From positions 992,001 through 1,056,000 of the forward strand of contig CM119372.1 of assembly GCA_051294905.1 (NCBI GenBank): a stretch of 64,000 nucleotides of DNA. The letters are read 5' to 3'. The position numbers and the translations under genes were made by a program. The notes below the pieces were generated by a model, which was given only the letters and a program-made list of their open reading frames with translations, was not told the DNA's origin and ran no database searches. This document shows, one piece after another, positions 25,971 through 45,838 of this stretch. How positions within the stretch are numbered: position 1 is the first letter of the stretch; each line of letters begins with the position of its first letter. This DNA is from Botryllus schlosseri (taxonomy: Eukaryota).

Positions 25971-28900
25971 AAACTTAGAGAGCCATACTAGGCTATACTC
26001 TGCGTCTACATCTTTCTTATCCAGTAACATATGCACAATTGCACATCATGCACTCATGGTATGCATATGCAGATTGTGTGTGTGTGTAGCCTATGAGTCG
26101 GTAAACCCTATATGCCGAAAAAACAAAAATGTGCTACGTCCATTTCAGGAATATTACCACGGCGAACGACGTAACACTCGGTCGTATATGTTTTGTCACG
26201 AAAAACTCACGATCAGAATGAAAGCTAATTTTTATATTTCAGGCCTTTCTGCAAAGATATACCGGTGGCGACCTAATAATAAAACCGTCTCTTTGAATGT
26301 GTCTAGATTCGACTCGCAAAACCGTTTCGATATTCCGCAATTCTGGCATCTTGAAAGTCGTCCAAGTAAAGCCTCGACGAAAATAGCTCCTCTCGACTTG
26401 TAATTCCCAATGAAGCAGTCTGACTTCCACGGGCATAAGCAGAGAACATCTCAACTCGACTTTATCCCGATGTCTGAGGTTTTCAGTGTGCAGGATCGGT
26501 TGAATAGGTACATAATTACCAAAAATCGACACGTTGATCCAACGGATGTTGTCTGGGTTCAGCAAATGGACGCTACATCCGAAATAATTGGGCTTCGTGG
26601 CACTGTGCCATATCGTCACATCTGCAGCATGGCTCTCGTCAAGCGCTTTTCGTAGGAGCCTTTGTTGACGACACAAAGTCGATATGATCCGCATCAGACA
26701 TGGGGCGCGGTTATACTGCAATAATGTAATCGATCACGATTATTTCTGAAAAATTTCGAATACAGCAAAATTTCACAGCAGCGTCTGCACATCAAGTTTG
26801 GCTCGATTCGCACTATGCATCGTAAGTTTACCTTTACCATCGAATAGCCTATATATTGATTGCCAGCGTGGGTAGCGCAGGTGGGAATCGTAGGATATTA
26901 TATTGTTTCTTGGAAAGATTCGAAGAATATATGTCGATTAATTATATACAGTATTATTAAAGTGTACGGAACTTATAGTCCGAGATGACATGACTCACCA
27001 AATTATACACATGATCGATGATCAGCTGTTCAATAACAATTGCTGACTGTATAAAGCTCGATTTCTAAGTAGGGGTATGGTGGCTAAACTCGTCTGATAA
27101 GCATAAATTTAGATACTTGGGTCTTTTCAAGTAAGACTTCATTTCGAACTCCAGTGGAAATACTTCATTGTGAAATATGCTGCAGACTGAGTTTAGATTT
27201 TTCGATTCGCAGTCTGGAACTAATCAAGATCAAATCTAAATCCTCACATGCGAATTCACGATACAGCGAAGCACGTACTCACCCTCCTAGTGCTGCCCGT
27301 TATAACACTTCCGCTAGACTTTTGTCATGATAGGAACCAATTATCAACTTGACACCTCGGGTTTGTAGCGTCATAACGTTCTGTTGAAAACATTTTGTTA
27401 TCATAAGTGTTTTGTCGAGTGGAGAATGACATCGCTGTTTTGTACTGTGGTCGGTATCTCGTTACTGTCGAGAGAATACGCGTGTTGACATTCAAATGAC
27501 TTTCTGGCGATGAATAGTGAGTTCCTAGAGACGCTAGTCCAAGATAGCATCGGCAAATCCCGGTGTCGATGTGCGACTCCGATACAGACCAGTGCTGGTT
27601 ATTAACCTGTGTGCCCCGAGCTAGTCTCAGTACCCGTGGAGGTCAATTCAAGACACACACTCGATCAAATCATGCACATGATTCGTGATGATACGCGCCT
27701 GTCTTGGACATCATTGGTTACATGCAATAGACGCGATCAGTAGTTGAATAGTGACTGTTGTGGCGAAATCGAAAGCCCATCATTACGAAATGCAAATACT
27801 GTATCTAATATTCATAGATCATGTGTATAATTAAACAACTGGTATCACGCTGTTGCGTTTCGACCGAACAAAAGCGATGGCACTTTCCAATATGAAGCCT
27901 CGTATTTCAAACTGGTGTCTGAAGTGAGCAGCAGAAGTCCCAGAGAAACTCAAACTCGTTCCGTCCCATCAGAGCACAGGCTCGGTCCAACTTCATTCGA
28001 GAGAGCGTTTGGTATTCGGTGAAGATTTCAAGCAATGCCAAGTGCTCACTGCTCAGTGCTCACTGCTCATGCTCAGTTTTGAGTGTCTCTAGTCTACTCG
28101 ATAGCTTTGACAGTTGATGACGGCTTGCAGACGGCGGCGGTGCTTTGTCTTCAATTACGTCAGCGGTCATCACATTATATTAGAATTATACAGTTTATTG
28201 AGTGACGAAATAACACCTATCTGTAATCATTGCTGTCCTTCGCCTTTACTAGTCAAGAATAGTTCGCAGCATATACTATTTATTTTATGCTCGGGAGAGA
28301 GAGAGATATATAATACGTGTCTTCCAAATTTAAAAACAATTTCACGGACTATTTGCCACACTTAAATATCGAATCGGTATAAATCTTGCGACCGAACAAC
28401 TCCGATTTCCCATTCTTGTTTTGTTGTAAAATAGGGTTATCATATTTGGGTGTCGGGAAAGGAGGACACTTTTTCAAAATTTTCAAACTTAGAATACCGG
28501 AGGGAAATCTTGAAAATATGGCAAAGTCGGTTGACTAAAAAAAGGTCAACTTTCTCGCTCAGCGCCCAAAATGCAGTTTTTCGTACACATCATCAGTTGA
28601 ACAGCTTCTTGGAGGTACAGAACTTCAATATACTATTCAATTGTACATTATCAATTGGGTGACAAAAAAAACTTTCCGGCTCAGCTTCCGAAATATAGCC
28701 GTCTGGGCGTTACTTCTTCAGTGCTCATTTACTGTCTATCAGTCGAACTTTGTCCTAAATTTAACCAAAATTCTCAAAAAAGAGGACAAAATCTCAAAAA
28801 TAAGGACATTTAGGCGTCCTCGGAGCACATTATTAAAAACCTCAAAAATTAGGACGTATGCGATGGTAACCCCAATATACAATGTTGTTTTCAAGTCTCT

Positions 28901-31802
28901 ACTAGCTGCTGACGAGTGTCAGTCGAAGATAACAGGATTTATTTCGATATTCATTTTTGTATACATGGGTTGTCTCGGCCTGTTGCTACTGAAAATTTAC
29001 TCGTAGCCGCGATGCAAACATATGCCAAAACTACTTTCTACTTCGCAAAATATATAGTGCAATAAGAACGTTTTGCGTATGGAATTGTCAAGTAGACGTG
29101 GTGTAAAATAACACCGTTAGCGTATGTAGTGTATATAGGCAAAACCTACTTGGGTACTCCGAATAAGTAGAGTATTTCGTTACTCACCACCTCTGGCGGT
29201 GCGAAAACGAGTTGCTTGAAACGAAGTATCTAGTCGCCGAGTTCGTCACTACTAGAGATAGAATATGTCCACCGACACTACTTCCTCACGTGATACTACT
29301 TCTGCAAGGCAAAACTGGGCCTAGAATACTCACTTGCAAATCGCTACTTGCAATCGATTGGAAATTTACTAGGTTACTACTACTACTCGAGTACCAATGA
29401 TGACTACTACGACCTCCTCTGCCTGATAGTCCCGTACCAGCAGGTTGCACACCCCTAGACTATTGCCCCCTAACAGCCTCAATCGACATAAGGAATCTAC
29501 CGTTCTCTTATAATTGCGAATACAACCGGACTCATTTCTGCGCAAATTTCCTCTATCGCGCGAAATAAAATTTCAAGTTGCACAATGCACATGTCACATT
29601 TGAAATCATTGACCCCACATGAGCAGCGTGGGTTCAAGCAGAGTCAAACAGATTTAAAATTGTACAACTTAGATTAGAATTGTAGCTACACAGGTTTTTT
29701 TCTAAATGAGATTGAAATTAGAATTACAGAATTCCTAAAAACTTGGAAATTGGATGGAATTCCGATTTAGAAAGAAATACAACAGAAATCTAGTGATAAG
29801 CGTGAAAATGACAAATGTCTGTTCAAGTGTACAGTGTACACTAAACTTGGCTCGATTTGCACTGTAGCAATTTCACAAATTGGGTTGGAATTAAATTATA
29901 AGCATTTCAATCTAATTTTTGTGCACTAGAATTTTCCAGTTGTACAAATCTGGATTCACGTAGCGACGCAGGTGAGCATTTCGTTTCAATGGTTCCTCGT
30001 CACAACGAAAATTTCTCGTTAACCAGTGGGTTATTTAGTCAGTAAATAATCAGGCATGCGACATATGTACCGTAGCAAGTCGACTCTGCCGCAAGAGTTG
30101 CATTCATCACAATATCAAGTGCCAAAGTACATATATTTTATCGTAACTCAAAGTATTTCCAACTGTCTATTACACTCTTAACAAAGCGTCATTGGAAATC
30201 CGATTGGATTCAAACAAATACAAAAGTTGAAGGCAAAGTGTGAAGTGGCAATGGCAATACACGCTTTGAACAGTATAACACGAGCAATGTTACAGGTAAC
30301 GACGACATACGACACACAGGAAATATATCACTCTAATGGGAGATTTCAGATTTGTGCCTGTAAAAACCTAGCTAGTTTGTAAATTACAGTGATTTAATCA
30401 TTCCAAAACACCACAGAATTGCAATACAATGAATAGATAGGAAGTAGTTGAATCGACTAGTAGCAATCTTTGAATCAAATATCTGTTATGTTCTTCATCT
30501 TGTTTGAACAATAACTCATACGACGAGGTTGCAATATGAAATCAGTATATTATCAGCAGAATAACTTCAAGACAGGCGACACGATCCAGAGTTCAGTTAA
30601 AACGAAAGACGGTAGACAACAGAACACAGGGTATAAATACGAAGCACGATACACAAGGAAATAATGATTGGCAGTAATTACTAATCCTAGACAAATAAGA
30701 GACAAACGATACCAACGTAAACTGCACGAACATAACAATATCTACCTGGGCCAAGAACAGATAAATAAGAGACAAGTAAATTGACTAGTGAAAAGTGAGA
30801 AAACCTCCACCATTGCTTTCGGCCAGCTCTCACCAAGTGCTAGGCCATAGACCTAAAATTTCAAGAACTGGCAAGAAAAATTCCAATTCTCCCAATAGCG
30901 GTGGATAACAGAACAATAAATACATTTCTCTTAAATGCTTCTGCCAACGCCACTTTACCGAATTTGGCATTATACCGTATTACATTTGCACGACTGAAGA
31001 GCTTCTTTGAGGTACAGAACTTCAATATACTTTTCAATTTGTAAGACTGTAAATCATTTCACGAGCGTTATAAGTATAACAGACTCAAGCTTAGTTTAGT
31101 AGCCCAAAGACACACCAACTGTTGTACCAAAAATTTAGTCACTGTAGTACACCCAAACCCTATTTTCATACATTTGTGGACAAAAATCAGGAAGAACTAA
31201 AATTGGTTAACAGTTGAAGTGCCAGGGATTACCGCATTATTCTACTGAGTAAAACCATGGCGGCCCCATCCCCTCCAGGGACTATTTTATAGTAGCAAAC
31301 ATGGATGATGGTCAAGTAGAATAGGAAATAGTCCACAGTAGAGTTGAGATAGTTGCCAACATTGGCGCTACTCAAGTAGAACAACAACCTGTTACAGTCA
31401 AGATAGTATGTCAGCCGACATTGGTTCTACTCAAGTCGAATTGACAAAATAGATGCACCCATGGCCACGATGTAGCGTATGGATATTGGATTGGCAACAC
31501 CAGCAGATATATTAATGTCAAAAATTTAATCGGAGTAGACTTGGACTAGAAAATTTCCAGCTCTTCCACATTAGATTAGAATTAGAATTAGAATTACAGT
31601 TAGTTTTGTTTCCATATAAGACTAGAACTAGAATTATAACAGCACATATTTTTACAAATTAGATTAGAATTTAACAATTGCTGAATTTGCAAAAACTTGG
31701 ACATTGCATGAAATTTAGTTTATATCAAATCAGAGTTAATTTTCATTGAGCACAGGAATAACAAATGTCTGTAAAACAAGCTTGGCTCGTTCCGGACTAT
31801 AC

Positions 31803-32086
31803 CAATGGTTCTCAATCTGGGGCGTGAAAGCGTGTGAGGGGGGGCAGGGTTGTGAAGCTGCGGTGTACTGAACAGAAATTTCACGCTCCGCACCATTTAC
31901 CTCTAATCCATAGTTATTGCTCTGTGTCTCCCTGAGTCCAATTTCATATTTGTGAATTCTCTGATCAACAGTCACAACTTTCCATGGTTGCATTTTGCAT
32001 TGTACGATATGGCTAAAAGGGGGGCGTGAAATATTTCACTATCATTATGGGGAGGCCGCATGTCTAAAAAAGTTTGAGAACCACTG
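31803..32086. mobile_element. hAT-type MITE
   Basis: CAATGGTTCTCAA...TTGAGAACCACTG flanked on both sides by ACTATAC. Confidence 0.75.
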
Positions 32087-32092
32087 ACTATA

Positions 32093-32758
32093 CAGTAGGG
32101 GTGTTAAAAAAATGCTTTTTTTCTCAAATTGTACTGGTTACTTGATAAAATTGCTAGGTTACCTAATTTAAGCCTACACACCAAATTTGGTCCAATTCAA
32201 ACCAGTAGCCGCATTGCTACAAGAGAGCAAAGTTTCTATTTATTATACCGTAAAAATATTTCAAAATTTTCTGTTCACCCCATGAAAGTGTTAGGTTGTC
32301 TATTGAAACGATGTTCACCATTTTTGACTCAATTCCAACCAGTGGAAGCGGAGTTATTGCCGTCGAAAAATTTGGATTAGAATAAAATAGTATATACGGT
32401 GGCCAATTCTTTAATTGTTTAATATAGTTGTGCATACGGATCACCGTAAATACTATTTTATTCAAATCTAAATTTTTGACGGCAATAACTCCACTTCCAC
32501 TGGTTGGAATTGAGCCAAATTTGGTGAGCGTCGTTTCTATAGACAACCGACCAATTTCATGGGGTGAACAGAAAATTTTGAAATTTTTTCATATTAATTT
32601 TTATATAATAAATAGAAACTTTGTTCTCCCGTAGCAATGCGGCTACTGGTTGGAATTGAACCAAATTTGGTGTGCAGTCTTAAATTAGGTAACCTAACAA
32701 TTTTGTCAAGTAGCCAATACGATTTGAGAAAAATTGTCATTTTTGAACACCTCTACTG
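32093..32758. mobile_element. Fold-back MITE with TA TSD, same family as 12435-13062
   Basis: TA|CAGTAGGGGTGTTAAAAAAATG...CATTTTTGAACACCTCTACTG|TA, with a long internal palindrome. Confidence 0.9.
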
Positions 32759-32969
32759 TACAGTTCTCCTGGAATACCAGAGATTAGACTAGAATTAAAA
32801 TTACATCATTCAAACATGGCACACATTAGATTAGAATTCGAGCGAAGAAACATTACACATCTTGGATTACCCACATTTAGCTCTAATTAATCTAATTCGG
32901 TGACCAGAATTATTTAGTTGTCCAAGTCTGCATGAAAGTGCTATATTCACACATTTGTAAAGTAAACCA

Positions 32970-33873
32970 TCAGGAACAACTAGAACTCGTAAACAATTGA
33001 AGAACTTTATCATCTTTCATGTCGTCTGTAACATTAACACGTTCCATCTCGGTGACGCCCCATCCAAAGATCGAAGCAAACTCTTTTAAGAAAAGAGGCA
33101 GAACATTTTCCACAGTCGCAACATCTCCAGTCTCCGCACTCAAAGAAGTTACACCTTTACCTTCGATACCACAAGGCACGATTTTAGAAAACCAGGATAG
33201 TTCCGTGTCGCAATTTAACGCAATCCCATGCGAAAACACTCTTTGTTGTGCATTAACCCCGATCGCACATACTTTTTTATCTTTGATCCAAACGCCTGTG
33301 TGCGGAGATCGGGCCGCTTTGAGGCCGTATTCATTACAAATGTTGATCGATATTTGCTCAAGTTTGCATAAATAGTCTCTCACCGATATGGGTACTTGCC
33401 TCATACTAAAAATTGGATACACGACTAGTTGTCCAGGACCATGGAACGTTATTAACCCACCTCTGTTAGTTCTGGCGAAGTCAGCACCAAGATTTTCTAG
33501 GTATCTTTGTTCCTCGGTGGTGTATTGTTTGTTTCTGTACCCAACGGTGTACACTGGCGGGTGTTGTAAGAGTAACAAAGTGGGACTGGCGGAATAGTGA
33601 TTGTCTTTGGTCCACTTTACTAAATTTTGCTGCAACCGGAGTGTCTTGGCGTACTGAACGCTGCCCAGGTAGAACGTGCGGAAAAGGACTTCCTTCATCG
33701 GACTCGTATTGCGTAAACTACAGTAAAAGTTCATGTAAATCAAGAATGCATCCGTGACATAATGAATAATATGGTTAATATAGCTCATGGGTCGCCGATA
33801 ATTTTTACATGGCTGCTTTGAAAATTAAAAAAAATCAATGATCAGTAACGTACTTGGAAAAAATTACCGTCAT
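32970..33873 (-). CDS. LIPT2: Octanoyltransferase / lipoyltransferase 2 (LipB family)
   Basis: Motifs LLLQHPPVYTVG, RGGLITFHGPGQLVVYP, KKVCAIG, HGIALN and IVPCG. The main exon is 33717-32970, after acceptor TTTTACTGTAG. A 20-nt first exon at 33873-33854 (MTVIFS, GTACGT donor, phase 2) joins in frame to give 255 aa, but this exon is less certain. Confidence 0.93.
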
Positions 33874-35216
33874 TTTATTTGAAAAAACGGTCTGTTATGT
33901 ACAACAAGTGAAAGTACGGTATAGATTTAGAAATGATAAATTTTTAAAGATATCACATTTTTAAATTTATTTCATGGCTTCATTTAGAGCGCTCATGGTC
34001 TCCAGGTTGGAAACCTCTGATATTGTGATATATAATAGTTATTACCGGATAACACTCCCAAGTAAAAAAGAATAAAGGAATGAAAAATCATCTCTTTCGA
34101 CTATTGAGATTGAGATATCAATTCGTCCTTAGCATGCATCAACTATTATAGCTTAGCTTACGAAATTGGATTATGAGCACGATTAGTAGCTATTCGAAGC
34201 CTTTATACTGACATGGGAAACCCTAAAAATCTGCAAACATGCGGCTTCAAGGACACAAATATTCTACGTCCTCTTCTTCTTTGCTCAGTTAGTTTGTTGC
34301 AAACGTCCTTTCTTTGCTCAGTTAGTTTGTTGCAAACTGCTAACCAGTGCCGAGTGTGTCGATAATGTCATTGTTGATACTCAGGTATCGCAGGTGTCAC
34401 TCAGATCAGTATCAATTTAGTAATATTTTCATCATTTCTAAACACCACGAAACTGTCGGGTAGCCGGCAAGATGCTGTTCCAAAACTGGTTCTAATTGCG
34501 CTAATACAGTAATTTGCACAAGTCTGCTAAAATGCCATTTTCAAGCTAAGAGGTCTGCTGTATCGTGTATCCTTCAACATAATTTCTGCAGGCACACAAA
34601 GCAGAAGTATTATGTGCATTGCACTGCACGCTTTCAGCATAAGGTTTAGTACTTGTATCAGCACTGTAACGTACTTCAAATTCTGCGAATCGATATAACG
34701 TGTTCCCATCGCAGTCAATCACAAGCTGTAGTTTGCATAAGTGACTATGAAGTCGGTGGTTTAACCTCAGCATGTATCAAGCGCTCTTCCTCCCTCCTGA
34801 TGTCGTGTAAGCTAAGTAGTTGCTGGTTGTATTGGATACGGCATGTTCGACTACTAATTTTCATTTACGTACTTCGATGGTGTCCCAGTAGCACCCCGGT
34901 GTCTAGATTTCCATGAGCGCTTACTAATAGTTTGCTGAAGCGCTTCTTGGAGGTACAGAACTTCAATAATAGTTTGCTGTCTAATCAGTATCGAATTAAA
35001 AAATACTCTCATTCTCACTTTTAATTTTGTTGACTCAACCATCATCAACACAAAGGATAACTCACGCACCTTTTTAATAATAATTCAAAAAATGAAGTTC
35101 AAATCGGATAAAAAAATTCAAAAAATTTGGAGTACGAGAAAATGAGTTGGAAACTTTGACACGCAATAACCGTTCCCTCGACACCCAACAGAAGAATGCA
35201 ATATGAAGTGAAGCGG

Positions 35217-41346
<6,130 letters not shown>

Positions 41347-41631
41347 CGCACTATCAATGGAGTATTGTCCAAAACCGAATGCTTGAAATAGTTTTATCTC
41401 CTTTATCTATGATTCTTATGAATGAAAGCACGGATGAGGCAATACTACGAAATACCGAAAATCCATGTAAACATTGACTGCCACATGGCGTAATACGAGT
41501 AATATTTGTCTTGCCAGATATTCACGCCAACGTTGCGTAGCAATTATGAATATTTCATCATTATTTGATTCAACGGGTGCATCATAGATACCAAATTCTT
41601 CAATTCTATGCCATATACAATACATATCGGT

Positions 41632-41670
41632 AATATATATATATATATATATATATACTTATATATATAT
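41632..41670. repeat. (AT)n microsatellite upstream of AK6
   Basis: Interrupted TA run. Confidence 0.9.
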
Positions 41671-41721
41671 TATTGCTTCAATATTATCTTGGTATAGCAG
41701 TGATGTGCGTTGGACGGACTC

Positions 41722-43743
41722 AGTTACTTCGTTTCCATGCACGGCCGACGGACGGCCGAAAGGCCATGTCGCATGCGTTGTATATGTCGGCCGTGTTTCC
41801 ATGACCAGGCGTAATCCGATCGTGACTTGGCCTAACTAGGTGGGCGAAACGTTCACGTTCACGATGACGTTTTTGGCTTACTTACTCAGTAATAATTTAA
41901 TAATAATCAAAGATTGCGATAAATGACTCGGTAGGATTGAGCCGAGATGACTTGTAGCGGTCATTCAATCAAACATCCCGCTTTGACCTTGAACACGACG
42001 TAGGCCTAAATCCATCCAACATATAAGATGGTCAATGGTCATGATGAACCACTTGCTTAAAACTAACAGAAGACAAAATAAAACGGAAAAAAGATGAAGA
42101 TTAGGTGTCATATCCTAGTATGTGGGAGATATAGATATGGAATATCGTGGTCCGATAATTTCAAACACAGAATAGTAACTTGGCCATTAGTCTACCGGTA
42201 TTACTGTTTCGTCGGCGTGATTCAGACATGAACTTCGAGTGTCTTGTTCATGATTTGCTGACCAGGGTTATGTGAATAGGTTCACCTAGTTTTTGGTCAA
42301 GCGGTAGTTTGCATTGTATCAATGCACCAGAACACAAACACTCGAATTGTGGCAGCAGCGTATGTGAGCAGATCGCGAAGAAGATTTGGGTAGCCTACGG
42401 GTTATTCGTTGCAGTACCGGTACTGCTAGTTTCCGTTGCAATCATAATTAAATTCCTGGTTTCTCAATGCGTCCAAGATTTGTCCGGAGTGCAGCCATGG
42501 TTAATTTGATACGAAAAGTGTATTGTAAGTAGCAAATAGCAATTTGCTAATCGAAGACACAGCGCAAGCATGGCCGAACGGCTAACCTGAAGTATTCACT
42601 CGATGGCCGAAGTGGGTGTGCTTGCGCGTTCGTCGGCCGAGTCTCTCGAGAATGGGCCCATCGGCCGTGCATGGAAACGCAGTAATTTACCTCGTTTCCA
42701 TGCTCGGCCGACGGTCGGCCGAAAGGCCATGGCGCATGCGTTGTACATGTCGGCCGTGTTTCCATGACCAGGCGTAATCCGACCGTGACTTGGCCGAACT
42801 AGGTGGGCGAAGCGATCGCAATGACGTTTTTGGCTTACTTTATGTAATAATTTCATATTAATCACAAGATTGCGATAAATGACTCGGTAGGAATGAGCCG
42901 AGATGACTTGTAGCGGCCATTCAGTCAAACAACACGCTTTGACCTTGAACACGTAGGCCTAAATCCATCCAACATGTAAAATGGTCATGATGAACCAAAT
43001 CATCAACAGGACACTTGAAGTTCATGTCTGAATCATGACGACGAAACAGTAGTACCGGTAGACTACTAGACAAGTTACTACTGTGCGTTCGAAATTATTG
43101 GACCACGATATCCCATATCTATATCCCCACATACTAAGATATGCCACCAATTTTCATCTTTTTTCCATTTCATTTTATCTTCTAACAAGTAGTAACTTGT
43201 CCAGTAGTCTACCGGTACTACTGTTTCGTCGTCATGATTCAGACATGAACTTCAAGTGTCCTGTTGATGATTTGCTTACAAGGGGAATTCGAATAAGTTC
43301 AACTAGTTTGTGGTCAAGCGGTATAGTTTGTATTGTACCCATGCACCAGAACACAAACCCTCGAATTGTGGCGGCAGCGTATCTGATCAGATCGCGAAGA
43401 TTTCGGTAGCCTCTACGGGTATAATTCGTAGCAGTACCGGTACTACTAAATTCCATTGCAATCATAATTAAATTCCGAGTTTTTCAAGGCGTCCAAGATC
43501 CGTCCGGAGTGCAGCCATAGTTAATTTGATACAAAAAGTGTATTGTAAGTAGCTAATACCAATTCGCTAATCCAAGACACAGCGCGAGCATGGCCGAAGG
43601 GCTTGAGCCGAAGGATTCACTCGATGGCCGACGAGTCGGCCGACGTGGGTGTGCAATCTGTGCATGCGCAATAAAATTATCTCGTTCGTCGGCCGAATCT
43701 CTCGAAAATGGGCCCATCGGCCGTGCATGGAAACGCAGTAATT
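41722..43743. mobile_element. Head-to-tail tandem dimer of a ~1-kb TIR element (junction ~42686)
   Basis: Each unit starts TTAC.TCGTTTCCATGC.CGGCCGA and ends TCGGCCGTGCATGGAAACGCAGTAAT. GACTC flanks both outer ends. Superfamily not assigned. Confidence 0.85.
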
Positions 43744-44329
43744 GACTCGGATAGGGTTCGGACCGGATTTTGCACAATCTAGAGACATTCGGATCGTATT
43801 CAGATTCTATTGCAGATTTTGTTTCGGAAATTTTCGGATAGTTGTAACTTTTGCTTTGGATAATTTTGGATAGTTCTGACCAGGCGTGACTAAACATATT
43901 CTGATAGGACTGATAGCACTCTAAACCTGTTCTGTCACAGATTCAAGCATATATGAATCTGCTAACCCTACCTTTGGCCTTTGTAAACACTACTCTGCTC
44001 AGATGCACAATTTAGGGTTGCCATATTTTGGAATAATAGTGAGTTGATCGAAATTTAAAACGGACGATTTTGCAATATTTACTTGAAGTTTTATTTCGTT
44101 GACTAAAAAAAGTCATCACTTTCATTCGACTCCCGAATGACCCGCTCGAACGTCCGTATCACCTATTTCACCACATTTATGCCGATTTTTAGTTGACTCT
44201 GTTCATCATCCTAGCTGTAAACGCTGTAAATGAGGACGAATTGCCAAAAAGGAGGACATTTAGGCGTCCTCGGAGGACATTTTCAATTTCCTCAAAAAAT
44301 AGGACATAGGATTATCATCTAACACAATA

Positions 44330-44790
44330 CGGTTCGGTTCATCAGCAATTTTTATCAGTACAATATATCACGATATTTCAATAGGTATAGAAGGTAAAGA
44401 AAGGAGGATGGCGAGACGACTTGGGGTGAAATCAGACACCCACCTTGGCCTACGCGATTTAAAGAGGAGGCATGCACACTGAATGAAAAGTAAAAGAAAA
44501 TAACATAAAAAGAAATCGACAAAATGAGGTGGCATGTCACGGAAGGCGAGATCGAAAGGTCAGGTCGTGGTCCGGTAATCTTGAGGGCGGATTAGTAGGC
44601 CTATTCATTTAGTGAAATTGCTTGTACTTCTACTTGAATGTGGACATGCTCGTCGACTGTCGGATAGCCGGCGAGATATCTGTTCCGTGCACACGTCAGG
44701 CCCGGCATATTTGAAGGATAGATCGATGATCTTTTAGGTCGATCATATGATAATTGGACTCGGGAGCTGAGCCGGCAAGTTGACATTTTT
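44330..44790 (-). mobile_element. 5'-truncated LINE (degraded ORF2 C-terminus plus 3'UTR)
   Basis: Reverse complement of ~60700-61110, for example TTGAATGTGGACATGCTCGTCGACTGTCGGAT. Confidence 0.8.
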
Positions 44791-44819
44791 TTAGTCAACC
44801 AACTGAAAGTGTGAAAGGA

Positions 44820-45352
44820 AAAACCGATATTGATTTTTACAGGCCGATACCGATACCGATATATCGGCTCACTCACAAGGCCGATACCGATATCATATGC
44901 CGATATTAATAGGGAAGGAGCAGAGAACAATTTCACCAAAAATATTATATATTAGGCAAGATGGCACTTGTACAATGTACATGCCACAGAAAGCTGAACA
45001 ACAAACAAGAAAACTGAAATTGAAAAGAATTATTGCTTAAATTTGGGATAACCCAAAAAGCAAAATATGATACAGAATTGCAGATCAGTCCAGAAAAGGT
45101 AGATTGTAATGCAGGGAGCATAGTTTCTCTGCATGCTCACCCAGCTAAACTCGTCCTGCAAGGGTAAATCTGTCATAGATCGCCCTTTGCGTCGTCGATT
45201 TCTTGAGATTGAGAACACGGAGCATTAAATTTCCGAAATTTTTGAATTTTTTTTAAATATAAAATATCGGCCTTTAGGCCGATATCGATAATCGGGAAAG
45301 CTCTAAATATCGGCCTCGATAATCGGCCATGTCGATAATCGGTCGACCTCTA
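44820..45352. mobile_element. Partial MITE with CCGATA/TATCGG subterminal repeats
   Basis: Clusters of CCGATA on the left and TATCGG on the right. The right end is TCGGTCGACCTCTA. Confidence 0.55.
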
Positions 45353-45838
45353 CTCCGGTATTGCGAGTCTGAAAATTTTGAAATAGTGACTTCTTGTCAT
45401 ATTTCCAAAATATGGTAATCCGTTGCATTAGGTAAGTCCACTGTAAATACACGATGTAAAAATTATTGCCTACTTCATTTGTGCAACGTTTACTCGTTGG
45501 TGTTATTATCGTAGATTCACAACATAGATTACCAAATAACTGATGGGATCGGCTATCTATAGGCGACTAGGGCGTAGCCTAATGAACTAATTCACACTTT
45601 CCCGCTCAGCGCCCAAAATACCGTATTTTCCTCCACACTGTCAGGTGGTTGACTAAAAAAAAAGTCCTCCGAGGACACTTTCAAAAAAGTCAAAAATGAG
45701 GACAAATCCTCTTAGAAGAGAACGTATGGTAACCCTATGCAACGAGAGGCAATTTGCAGACTAAAATTCAATTAACAACCACCAAACTCTTCGCGTACCA
45801 CTCAGAAACCAGAGAATAACAGCAAACGAACCTTAATT

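Larger units (their letters stand above)
31537..32930. mobile_element. TTAGAA-rich host MITE (CAGACTTGGACAACTAGA-type ends) carrying two nested elements
   Basis: Right end TTAGTTGTCCAAGTCTG. The core AAGCTTGGCTCGTTTCGCACTATACAGTTCTCCTG, or other parts of the element, recur at ~12250-13210, 29660-29950, 38610-39620, 53140-53470, 53870-54100, 57140-57420, 58520-58850 and 63315-63680. Confidence 0.7.

Noticed and set aside
33019..33597. Plus-strand ORFs of 118 and 69 aa
   Set aside because: Antisense shadows of LIPT2.
33718..33788. N-terminal 24 aa of the 272-aa LIPT2 ORF
   Set aside because: Probably intronic, because a strong acceptor (TTTTACTGTAG) ends at 33718.
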